Shown here: positions 1 through 10,020 of the stretch, piece by piece | Layout: the number at the start of each line of letters is the position of its first letter | How positions within the stretch are numbered: the first letter of the stretch is position 1 | NCBI RefSeq assembly: GCF_009834535.1 | Contig: NC_045696.1 | Span: 42,038,001-42,102,000, forward strand | Direction of reading: 5' to 3' | Origin: Camelus ferus | Taxonomy: Eukaryota | DNA length: 64,000 nt | Position numbers and translations under genes: made by a program | Notes under the pieces: model-generated | The model's database searches: none | Told to the model about the DNA's origin: nothing | What the model saw: the letters and a program-made list of their open reading frames with translations, nothing else

Positions 1-843
1 AAAGGAGTTGCTAAATTATTCATTTCCTGACTCTTTGTGTGTTTACTTTGTGCTCAACTTGTCCCGAGAGGTTGTGACACAGTAGTGGTCAGAGTGGAAT
101 GCTGTACTACTCATTGACTCCATTTTAAAGTGTATTTTAAAGCTTCAATATGAAAGAAGATTATTTCCTTTTTACTTAGAAGGCCTATGTGAGCAATTCC
201 AAAAGCAGTCGGTGAGGGGAAATCCTGTGTGTGTACGCGGAAATGTGTTAAGCTCAGTGAATTTAAGCAGCTTTCTTGGCATAGCTGAACTGAGGGAACT
301 AATAAGAAACTAACACATTGTTCATTGTTAGGCTTTGGTACATTGAGATCTTTGGAAGTTTGTTTTGTGCCTTCTTAGGTGAGTGGAATTGATAGACTTT
401 AAAATTTCTCTGTGGACATAAAGCCTTTGGTTTGAAAAGCTAAAAGTTCATCATTTATCCCTTGCTCCCCCAAGGTTTTTCAAATGTCAAGAATAACTAT
501 AGATTTATGAGAGTTAGCGTGGCAAAATCTATGATCCTGTCTCGTGGGTGGATGGGGCTGAGAGACAGAGACTTAATTTGGGTTTAACTGTTGGCTCTGG
601 GGACCCCCCCAAACCGTGTTTTTATGAGCTTTAATTCCTTACAGTGCCTGCTGGGGAAAGGTTTCAGGCAACATCGTCCCCTTAAGTAGGGCTGAGGCCT
701 GACAGGCAAGGTCATGTTGGAAAGACTTTGCAGTCTGTTGGTCGGAGACTTTGTTACGTTAGACGGCCATGCTTTTGAGGTTATTAAGATTGGTGTCCAT
801 GAAGAGACTTAATTGAAATACGTTTTTGTTTTCTTTTGAACAG

Positions 844-983
844 TTGAGCCCCATATGGGGGTTGGAAGGCAGCAAAGAGGACCCTTTCAAGGTGTTCGTG
901 TGAAGAACTCAGTGAAGGAACTCCTGCTGCACATCCGAAGTCATAAACAGAAGGCCTCTGGCCAAGCCAGTGATGACTTCAAG
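844..983 (+). CDS. NFKBIZ: NFKBIZ coding exon (first in window): (V)EPHMGVGRQQRGPFQGVRVKNSVKELLLHIRSHKQKASGQASDDFK; contains short-isoform ATG at 855
   Basis: Pyrimidine tract + CAG acceptor at 841-843, GT donor at 984; translation matches recalled human IkB-zeta N-terminal region. Confidence 0.96.
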
Positions 984-1472
984 GTGGCACCTAACTTTTT
1001 TGTTTTGGGTTGGGGATCAGGGAGGTTAGTCTGTCAGGATTATTACTCTCTGCTCACATAGGTCCAGTAAGTCTTTTGTAGACCAGAAAGAGAGCCTGTT
1101 TGTTTTCCTGTCTCCAATATTCCTGTCACTTAGCTAGGTACTTGGCAGATGTGCAAGAGAAATTTAATGAATGAATAAGTGAAGGTAAATTGGGGGCAAG
1201 GGGATTAATAGGGTTCAATTAAAACGGAGCATTTTTATTAGAAAGGGGAAACTCAAAGGGCCTTATTAATTTTGAACTAAGATGAAAAGTGAAAATAGGG
1301 GAAGTTGCAAGATAGGATGGAAATTAACATAGAAAATAAATATTGCTAGAATGGCTGTATCAAGGTTTATGGTGAGCTATAAAGAATGGTAGCGATAAGT
1401 CTATTTATTGGTATATATTAATCAGGAAACCATTTAATATACACTAAATTGGAAACTTTTTTTTCCTTATAG

Positions 1473-1503
1473 GCACAGGGTGTGAACAGAGAGCAATTCA
1501 CAG
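1473..1503 (+). CDS. NFKBIZ: NFKBIZ 31-bp exon AQGVNREQFT(E)
   Basis: ttttccttatAG acceptor, GTAAGA donor; similar to human TQGVNIEQFRE; phase 0 in, phase 1 out. Confidence 0.92.
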
Positions 1504-1625
1504 GTAAGAGTTACTTCTATTTATAATATTATGGGGGCTTTCGGGTAAAATAATGTAGTTTGACTATGGGTAAAAATTTGTAAAATAAAATGCTCACAGA
1601 TTTCATTTCTTCTTCTTGGGTACAG

Positions 1626-1729
1626 AATTGAAGAACACAGTATCATATAGTGGAAAAAGGAAAGGACCTGACTCACTGTCTGATGGACCAGTTTGCAAAA
1701 GATCAACTTTTTTACATACCCAGTTTTTG
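1626..1729 (+). CDS. NFKBIZ: NFKBIZ exon (E)LKNTVSYSGKRKGPDSLSDGPVCKRSTFLHTQFL, including bipartite NLS KRK...KR
   Basis: tacAG acceptor, GTATGT donor; 104 bp keeps frame. Confidence 0.94.
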
Positions 1730-1826
1730 GTATGTATTTAACTGTTTTCTTCTGGATGCCCTTTGGCAGTTATTTCTGGAATGATTTTGAAAGGGAGTAT
1801 GCAATTTACTTTTCCTGCCTTTCCAG

Positions 1827-2605
1827 ACACCACCTCAAACACCCACACCCGCAGAGAGCATGGAAGATGTTCATCACAATGAATCCAAACAGGAGAGCAG
1901 TGCCGATCTGCTTCAGAACATTATCAACATTAAGAATGAATGCAGCCCGGTGTCCCTGAATACTGTCCAAGTTAGTTGGATGAGCCCTGTGGGGGTCCCT
2001 CAGAGCTCCCCCCACGAGCAGTGTCAGGACTTCCACGGAGGGCAGGTCTTCTCTCCACCTCAGAAATACCAGCCGTTCCAAGTCAGCAGCTCCCCGCCCA
2101 TGGTGGAGCAGGCTGCCATGTACCAGTACTCCCCACAGAGCCAGACCGTGCAGCCGCCGCCGCAGCACTACACCCACAACCCGACTCTGGAATACAGTCC
2201 TTATTCCAGAACGTCCCTGTCCCCCAGCTATGAACCAAACTTCTTTGATGATCAAGAACCACAGTTCTGCCTGAACCAAAGTTTTGCGTCCCTTCTAAAT
2301 GATCCCAGGGAATCTGAGATTATCGCTGTTCCCACTCAGACCTCCCCCAGTGTTCAGCAGCCAAATGACGCGCCCCTACAAAACTTCCACATGATGCCAC
2401 ACGGTGCGTGTGAGGCCCTGGCGGGGCATGGTGCCACCCCTGCCCCTTTAAGCATGGCACTGCCGTTCCAGAACATCGTTGGAAATCCAATGAACACCAC
2501 ACAGTTAGGAAAGTCATTTTTCCAGTGGCAAGTAGAGCAGGAGGAAAGCAAATTGGTGAATATCTCCCAAGACCAGTTTCTTTCCAAGGATGCAGATGGT
2601 GACAC
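1827..2605 (+). CDS. NFKBIZ: NFKBIZ large exon TPPQTPTPAESMEDVHH...QFLSKDADGD(T), Q/P/S-rich transactivation region
   Basis: ttccAG acceptor, GTAAGT donor; ORF track 1860-2609 closely resembles IkB-zeta. Confidence 0.97.
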
Positions 2606-2944
2606 GTAAGTATCCCTTTATCTCATTACCTTATTTGGTAAGCCATCCTTGTTGGACAGAGTGGGCACTAGATTTTCTCTAGGCTCTGCCAAATTAGGTC
2701 TTAGTAAGAGGTTGGCTAATCAAGATGACTGGTGGAGGCAGAAGCTGCTGTTCAGTGATGGCTAATATTTTATGAAAGAGTTTTTGTTTCTTTTTTCTTT
2801 TCTGGCTGAATGAATTATCTGTTCTAAGTTAATAAAATATATATGTGTCTTTGAATAATTGGTTTTGAAAGACCAGCTTGGATTGTGTCTATGGAGCAAA
2901 ATCAGTTAGATCATGATTAGTTGGTTGTGGTTAAAGTGTGAGTT

Positions 2945-3120
2945 GATTTGTAGATTGAGTCCTGATCTGTGCTAACATCTTTATGGCCTTGGGCAAGTTG
3001 TTTAACCTCTCTATGCCTCAGTTTCTGGACATGCAAAATGATACTACCTCCCTTATAGGGTTTTTATGAATATTAAAAATAATAGACTTAAAGCAGTCAG
3101 CATGGTGACTGGCATATTCA
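2945..3120. mobile_element. MIR SINE remnant (intronic)
   Basis: MIR core ccttgggcaagttgtttaacctctctatgcctcagtttc. Confidence 0.7.
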
Positions 3121-3304
3121 CTTCTTCTGGTAGCCTAGCTTATCTTGTCGCAACTGGCAGAAAAGACAAATTATGCTCTGTACTGTTTCACTTGAGTACA
3201 CCCACAAACCAAGAAAGGGGCTAAAGGAAGAATTTTTTTTACAAGAAGGATGAACTTAGTGAAATCAGAAGCAATTCACCTCTTTTCCTTCTCTTTTTCC
3301 CCAG

Positions 3305-3410
3305 GTTCCTCCACATTGCTGTTGCCCAAGGGAGAAGGGCACTTTCCTATGTCCTTGCAAGAAAGATGAATGCTCTTCACATGCTGGATATTAAAGAACA
3401 CAATGGGCAG
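3305..3410 (+). CDS. NFKBIZ: NFKBIZ ankyrin exon FLHIAVAQGRRALSYVLARKMNALHMLDIKEHNGQ
   Basis: ccAG acceptor, GTGAGG donor; matches recalled human peptide. Confidence 0.97.
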
Positions 3411-3794
3411 GTGAGGACCTTGACAGGGAAACGGCAAAGATGTGGTCATGGCGAAGAAATGACGGCTAGTCTCATATTTATGTGTAGGTCATTTCAGAGT
3501 CCTAGATCAAGAGAGTTCAGTTAATATTAACTTCAGGATGTTGACTCTTTGTCACTGTCAACCTTGAAGTTATTAACATTAACTTTGTAGTTATTTGATC
3601 AAAGACCAACTGAGTATAATAAAGCCGCACCCTAAGCTTTTTAGTTTCCTTGTGTTACAAGGTCTTATTGCTTATTAATAGGGTTTATTTTCTCTACATG
3701 GATTTTCCTCTCAGTCTTAGCTTAGGCTTATGTTCCTTGTTATGATAGTGTTACATGTTTTTAAAAATATTTTTTTTCCTCTGAATGTCCACAG

Positions 3795-3941
3795 AGTGCC
3801 TTTCAGGTGGCAGTGGCTGCCAATCAGCACCTCATTGTGCAGGATCTGGTGAACCTCGGGGCCCAGGTGAACACCACTGACTGCTGGGGCAGAACCCCTG
3901 TGCACGTTTGTGCGGAGAAGGGCCACTCCCAGGTGCTCCAG
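3795..3941 (+). CDS. NFKBIZ: NFKBIZ ankyrin exon SAFQVAVAANQHLIVQDLVNLGAQVNTTDCWGRTPVHVCAEKGHSQVLQ
   Basis: cacAG acceptor, GTAAGA donor, 147 bp. Confidence 0.97.
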
Positions 3942-4133
3942 GTAAGAGGCAGCGAGCCAGGCTCCCATTATCATAGGGCCAGAGGGATAGGGCGTGGAGA
4001 TTAGAAGTCCAATGTAGGTTGCCTGTTGCAATAATCTCTTTTGAGTTGACTTACTCCTTTTCTGGAATACTTGTAGATGAGTATTTGTGCAGCTTGCCTT
4101 TTGCTAACAGATATGTGTTTTTAACTTCTGCAG

Positions 4134-4197
4134 GCAATTCAGAAGGGAGCAGTGAAGAGCCATCAGTTCGTGGATCTTGAGGCAACTAACTATGATG
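4134..4197 (+). CDS. NFKBIZ: NFKBIZ exon AIQKGAVKSHQFVDLEATNYD(G)
   Basis: ctgcAG acceptor, GTAAGC donor, 64 bp. Confidence 0.95.
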
Positions 4198-4493
4198 GTA
4201 AGCAATTGACACATTCATTTTTTGGGTGAAGAAATATTCAGAGAGAGGGGCCCATTAGTTGTAAGGGTATTAAGTTCTATACCAAGAAGGAAGAGAGGTG
4301 TAATTCAAGCTAAAATACTCTATAGATAGAGTTAGCACTAATACCCACTGGAGGGGTTACTCAGATTGCTTTACTGCTTCATGCGGAGCCCACGTATACA
4401 TCATACGAGAGGCCATCCTCAAGGCTTGTAGTTATAGAGCAACTGAAAGACTCGATGGGATGCTTGACCACTGCTTTATTATACTTTTTCTAG

Positions 4494-4663
4494 GCCTGAC
4501 TCCTCTGCACTGTGCAGTTTTGGCCCACAATGCTGTGGTGCACGAACTCCAGAGAAATCAGCAGCCGCATTCACCTGAAGTTCAGGAGCTTTTACTGAAG
4601 AATAAGAGTCTCGTTGAAACCATTAAGTGTCTGATTCAAATGGGAGCAGCAGTGGAAGCCAAG
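4494..4663 (+). CDS. NFKBIZ: NFKBIZ ankyrin exon (G)LTPLHCAVLAHNAVVHELQRNQQPHSPEVQELLLKNKSLVETIKCLIQMGAAVEAK
   Basis: tttttctAG acceptor, GTAAAT donor, 170 bp. Confidence 0.97.
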
Positions 4664-5059
4664 GTAAATTCACAGAAGGGTTTGGAAATGGGATGTAGGG
4701 GAGAAGTGGTTATAGCAAAAGGTCATGTTCCCAAGTATAAGTTAAAGCTTTTCCCTCTTTTTAAATTAATGGAGTGAATAGTAATGTATAGATAGTTCAG
4801 AAGCTTAAATTTTAAAAGATCATCTCATCTGCTTTTTTGATTCACTTTTGGATTATTATCCCAAAGATCATTTAGCTGTAAAATAAGTTACTCTTTGAAA
4901 GGAAATGGAAATGCTTGAAAATTGATATTTTCATTTTGGCTTTCACTGTCATACATGGATAATTAAGGTAGTGCTTTTTGTAAGGATTTCTTCATTGTTT
5001 TGGCATCTGGACTTAATCTTCTGTTTTTTAAACTGGAAAAGATTTTATTCTCTTTAAGT

Positions 5060-5460
5060 TTGAGCTTTATTTACTGAGTATCACCTATATACAGGGCACT
5101 AAGTTAGTGGCTCTGGGGGAAAAATACCTAAATCATAAGCAACTTGGGTCCTTGGGGAGCTTACTGTCCAACAGAAGAGGTGAGAGATACAGCTTGTTAT
5201 AAGTTACAGAGTGGCCACCAAGTTTGGAAACACAGGTGAATCCATAATAAGTGATTTCTTGTATTATGTTACAGTACATAATAAAACAGTATCATCTATG
5301 CTTCTGCATTTTATGACCACCCTGTATACAGGGTAGATGTGATAAGAGGCATATTAACAGGGAATTTAGGAGGAATGAGAGATTCCATGGAGCTTGGGGT
5401 GAAGGAAGGCTTTGTGGAGAAGGGAGTATTCAGAGTGAGTCTGCAAGAATGAGTCAGACA
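5060..5460 (-). mobile_element. L2 remnant (intronic)
   Basis: tttatttactgagtatcacctatatacagggcact...cttggggagcttactgtc resembles reverse L2 3' end. Confidence 0.5.
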
Positions 5461-5522
5461 TGTGAGAGACGGCGAGCGTGGTGTCTGAACATTCACTTCT
5501 CTCCCCCTCTTGCCTTGACAAG

Positions 5523-5633
5523 GATCGTAAAAGTGGCCGCACAGCCCTGCATTTGGCAGCTGAAGAAGCAAATCTGGAACTCATTCGCCTCTTTTTGGAA
5601 CTGCCTAGTTGCCTGTCTTTTGTGAACACAAAG
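5523..5633 (+). CDS. NFKBIZ: NFKBIZ ankyrin exon DRKSGRTALHLAAEEANLELIRLFLELPSCLSFVNTK
   Basis: acAAG acceptor after pyrimidine tract, GTACTT donor, 111 bp. Confidence 0.95.
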
Positions 5634-5763
5634 GTACTTTTAGAAAGATTCAAGAATTGCACGAGAGTTGGGATGACCTTCTTTATACCTTATTCAAGCT
5701 TTTGAGCTGCTTTCATGAAAGTCTTCCTTCCTGATGGGTGTCGTTTCATCTCTTGGTCTTCAG

Positions 5764-5931
5764 GCTTACAATGGAAACACTGCCCTCCATGTCGCTGCCA
5801 GTCTGCAGTATCGGGTGACGCAGCTGGATGCCGTCCGCCTGCTGATGAGGAAGGGGGCAGACCCAAGCACTCGGAACCTGGAGAACGAACAGCCAGTGCA
5901 CTTGGTTCCTGATGGCCCTGTGGGAGAACAG
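5764..5931 (+). CDS. NFKBIZ: NFKBIZ ankyrin exon AYNGNTALHVAASLQYRVTQLDAVRLLMRKGADPSTRNLENEQPVHLVPDGPVGEQ
   Basis: cttcAG acceptor, GTGAGG donor, 168 bp. Confidence 0.97.
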
Positions 5932-7825
5932 GTGAGGGCCACAAATGGGAGAAGAAGTACTTTCAGGCACTTGGTCAGAAACTTAAGGGGCAATGAGATT
6001 GTGCAGGGCGGAGGCCAGCTGGTGGTGCTCTTCAGGTGGGCTCTGTCAGTGTCTGTGTCTCACAGTGGTCCCTGTAGCCCTTTGGGGTCAATTGCTTTGT
6101 TTCCTAAAAGAAGATGTAAAAATTTGAGGGTTTATCCCTGAACCCCGAATGGTCAGAAGTCAGGTAGTCTTTTCTTTTCTTCCGAGACATAAACTTGGGT
6201 TTGGAATAAGTCAGAATGGTTTGAAGTCTGGAAGTGGATGAAAGAGGAGGAACCAAGGTTCCTGCAGACACCAAGGAAAGGGAATCTTAGTTTTGTGAGT
6301 AAGTGATGAGCCTTCAAGTATCGTGGGTATTAAATGAGTCAGTATCTGCCGAGAGTTCAGAATAGTCCCAGGCACATAGTGAGTGCTCAGTAAATATCAG
6401 CTGTTAACAAGGATTTCTGGCTACTAGCTGATATCAGATAAGAAATAGGAAGGTTACTTATGTAATTGAGAACCTAGGAATATTTTGTATTTTAAATAAA
6501 ATTGTGCTTTACATATCATATGGTTATATATTACATTTAGGGATTAAACAGTTTCACATGACTAAGCTTTTCTTGATAACAAGAACTGAATCCTTTAAGA
6601 ACTTAAAATATTTTTGATGAAACTCTTTTCCTGGAGGGATTGTGGCTGTGGGTCATTGCATACTTTAATAATCACAAAATAAAACATATGGAATGCAATT
6701 CAGCCTTTCCTTTGATTTATAACCCTCATTATGACTGTAATGTTATAGTAACTCACATTTGTAGAGCTCTTTATAGCTTAAAATGAATCTCTTGATAATC
6801 TGTAGAGTTTTCCTGTGTATTATACTGCTTAATAGTTAGGAAAACTTCACAGTGTAAAGGTTCAGCTGGGAAGACTGAGACTCAGAGTGGTTCCAGAGGG
6901 TAGGAACCATCCTTAAGGAGTAAATGGCGAGTCCTAAGCCCAGTGTTCACTTCTGCTTCGCTGTTTGTGGTGTGCAGTCATAGAGCAATGCTCTCAGGGA
7001 CTACTGAGTATGGAGAGCTGTTTGACTCTTCACTAAATATTCTCAGATTACTTGCCTTTCTGCTTCTGTATTTGTGTGTCTCTGTGTGTGGAGGGAGGGG
7101 CTTTTCCTTTGCTTTTATCATCAGACAATGGTCATTCTAGCAGCTATCAGCTGCATCTCCCACTCCAGTCCTCTTTCTTCTAAGCTGTTGCTTCGGATCT
7201 GCTGTGGGCTGAGAGACAGATAGTAAAATTTGTCAGGCTCGGGTATAAAATCAGTTAATAGACTGAATGAGCCTGAGGGCTTTCCTATGATCCACATAGT
7301 TATACACAGATGCTTTAATTCTTGGATATCATGACAGCTATCTTGACTCGAAGGGCATTATAGATTTACTTGTGTGTGTGAGGTGGGTTCTGAGTTCTTG
7401 GTTGAGGTTGACTTCAGGGTAGGTGAGATACTATAATAACCACAGTTCCTGCCTTATATTAAATGTTCTCATAAATAACAAGAGGAAAGATTCGGAAAAG
7501 AATATAGGTCTTAGTCAAACTGTGGGAGATTTTCAACTTCAGATAATTTTTAATGGAGATGCTTTACTTTCTTGTACTCAAACATCATTATAGGAGATCT
7601 GTAATAAAGTTTAAAAGGAATTATAGTCTTTTTTAAAAAGTCACCCTAAAATCTTGACATATATTGTTGCGTATTTCTTCATATATTTACTTACAAGTAG
7701 ACAGGAATGGTGTAGAGCTTATATACTCTACACCATTTCTTACATGAAAGGAAAGAAACTGAAGGAAATGTGGTACTTTGATTGTGAAACAGAAACCTCA
7801 CAGATGCTGTTGGTTTCCTTTCCAG

Positions 7826-7879
7826 ATCCGCCGTATCCTGAAGGGGAAGTCCATTCAGCAGAGAGCCCCACCACACTAG
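7826..7879 (+). CDS. NFKBIZ: NFKBIZ terminal coding exon IRRILKGKSIQQRAPPH-stop
   Basis: tttccAG acceptor; TAG at 7877-7879; human C-terminus recalled as IRRILKGKSIQQRAPPY. Confidence 0.96.
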   Translation: MRRILKGKSIQQRAPPH

Positions 7880-8024
7880 CTCCACTGACTCGGAGCCTGC
7901 TCGGCAATACTCACTGTCAGTTAGGCAGTCCTAATGTATCTGTACATAGACCATTTGCTCTGTATTGGCAAATGTAAGTTGTTTCTATGAAACAAACATA
8001 TTTAGTTCACTATTATATAGTGGG
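7879..8024 (+). promoter_or_regulatory. NFKBIZ: NFKBIZ 3' UTR stem-loop cluster (Regnase-1/Roquin silencing element)
   Basis: Hairpins 7879-7896, 7914-7928, 7934-7947, 7952-7974, TTGTTTC-TAT-GAAACAA 7979-7995 and CACTAT-TAT-ATAGTG 8008-8022; the last two have Py-Pu-Py tri-loops. Confidence 0.85.
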
Positions 8025-8500
8025 TTATGTTAAAAGAAAAGAAGAGGAATATCTAATTCCTCTTGGCAGATTTCAATATTTCACATCCAGGTATCTGGAA
8101 TCTAGACATCTGAATTTAATCTGAACGGTAAAATTGACTTCAGTTAGCAGTAGCTTTTGGGGTAGGAAAAGCCTTTGATTTGTGGCATAAGGCATTGCTC
8201 ATGTAGCTATTGCCAGTTTAAAAGGAGACAGATTGTAAACTTTTTTACATTTTAAAGAAAAATGAAAGCATTTGAAAGTTAAAAAACACATCTGGATATA
8301 GTGTTGAGGCTTCGTTTGGCCTGATGCAGTACCTGAGAGTTACTGTTGGTGGTGGAAATTCTGGTCATTGGACTAGATGAAAGGTACCATGGTTAAAGTT
8401 TGATCTTTGCAAACTGTACATAACTGTTATTTTTGTCTTTTAAAATATTTGTACATATATGGTCATTAACACAAATGGCCACATTTGAAATGTGTAAATC

Positions 8501-8506
8501 AATAAA
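8501..8506 (+). terminator. NFKBIZ: Candidate proximal poly(A) signal AATAAA
   Basis: AATAAA preceded by several TGTA motifs (8415, 8450, 8493). Confidence 0.55.
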
Positions 8507-9224
8507 ATAGAGAACAAGTGAATTGTCACTATTCTTAAAAAGTTACACATGCAGAGGAGCTGTGTAATCACCCATCTACCATCTCTGTAGGTGAGACAGA
8601 TGGGGAGTTGTTCCCTTAGTGGCTGGCAGAGCTCTGTTTGAATTATAAACATGCTTCTTCTCATGCATTGAGATGAGACACCTGATTTGCAGGGAATTGC
8701 ATGGTGTTAAAGAGAATACCTCTTTATGACTCACTTTCTAGAATTTGTGACTTACTTGCTCTGTTGGAGTTTTTGTTTTACCTTTATAGCAGCAACAAAA
8801 AGTCACTATTGAAACATGTCTTCTTGGGTTTCTGTTCTCAAATAATGATAAGGCACCATGATGTTTTATACTACCATTCAGAAAAAAGTCTTATTTTTTA
8901 GTAGCGTTAATCCCATTAATATTATTTTGCTCTGGCATCCCCTGAGTAATGTATTTGGCTTTGATTGCACATTAATTATTTGTAATATATTTGATTCATT
9001 AATTTTTTTTTAAATGAGAAGTCTTGTAAGCAACTGACTGACTAATCATCTTTGTAGCTAAGTACTCAGATCCTTTTAAAAAAGATAACCTTTGGATCGA
9101 TCACATTGTTTGACCCTGTATGTCTTGTGGACAAAAGTTAGTTATAGTTATTTGGTATCTGAAAGTATGGCTGTGATGTGAACCAGTCTATTCACACTTA
9201 TGGAAAAACTTATGCATGGTTTTA

Positions 9225-9230
9225 AATAAA
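9225..9230 (+). terminator. NFKBIZ: Candidate distal poly(A) signal AATAAA
   Basis: AATAAA followed by GT/T-rich downstream element (ttgtttgtctt...tttttttt). Confidence 0.65.
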
Positions 9231-9975
9231 CATTAATTCATTGATATTGTTTGTCTTAAAGATGTGCATTTTTTTTCTAGTACTTTATTTCTATTTCCCA
9301 AGGTTGAAAAGTACTATTAATTACTAATCTAAAAAACTTTAAATTAGCCAGTATATATTAATTTGGATTTTTTTTGAGAACATGTTTCCTGAAGTTCTTT
9401 AAGAGTTAACATCAAAACACCCTTTGCCAAGTTCATTAGTAGAGATTTATTAGATTCTGAAAATATTGTGGAAGTTTGAAAGATATTGTTTATTATTTAG
9501 AATTTTATGTGCTAAAAAAAGCTAAATCTCTATGTTTATGACTTTACTTTTCACTTTATTTTGTGGGCACAGTGAACATAGGGAAAACAATTTGGAGATT
9601 ACCAAGACCATCCTGAGAGATGTAAGCCTGGGAACAGCAGGAAATGGGGTCCTTCCCTTTCTCACGATGCCAAACACATCAACATCTCTGTCAACATGAG
9701 TCAACTACTGCTCATATATTCTAGTTCTTGTAACTTCTTTTGAGAATCTGGTGAAAGCTGTGAATCGTTTCCCTGGAGAAATTCACCTGTCTGTGTATAC
9801 ACAAATGCTGTTTACAGTATTAGGGGCTTCACAGCCACCAGGAGCCCTTAACTCTCAAGTTAAGAACCTACTGTAGTTCTATTTCTCTACACCAAATATA
9901 ATTTTTCTTCCTTCATATAAATGAAATCTCAAGAGTAATTTGCATTGCAAATAACAGCCCTGATAACCAGAACAG

Positions 9976-10020
9976 TAGATATACTGAGCATAGATATACT
10001 GTGCATAGATACACTGTGAG
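9976..10020 (+). repeat. 3 x 15-bp degenerate tandem repeat (TAGATATACTGWGCA)
   Basis: tagatatactgagca/tagatatactgtgca/tagatacactgtgag. Confidence 0.8.

Noticed and set aside
1806..2279. 157-aa antisense ORF and other ORFs overlapping the large NFKBIZ exon
   Set aside because: Shadow ORFs of a GC-rich coding exon; no recognisable protein
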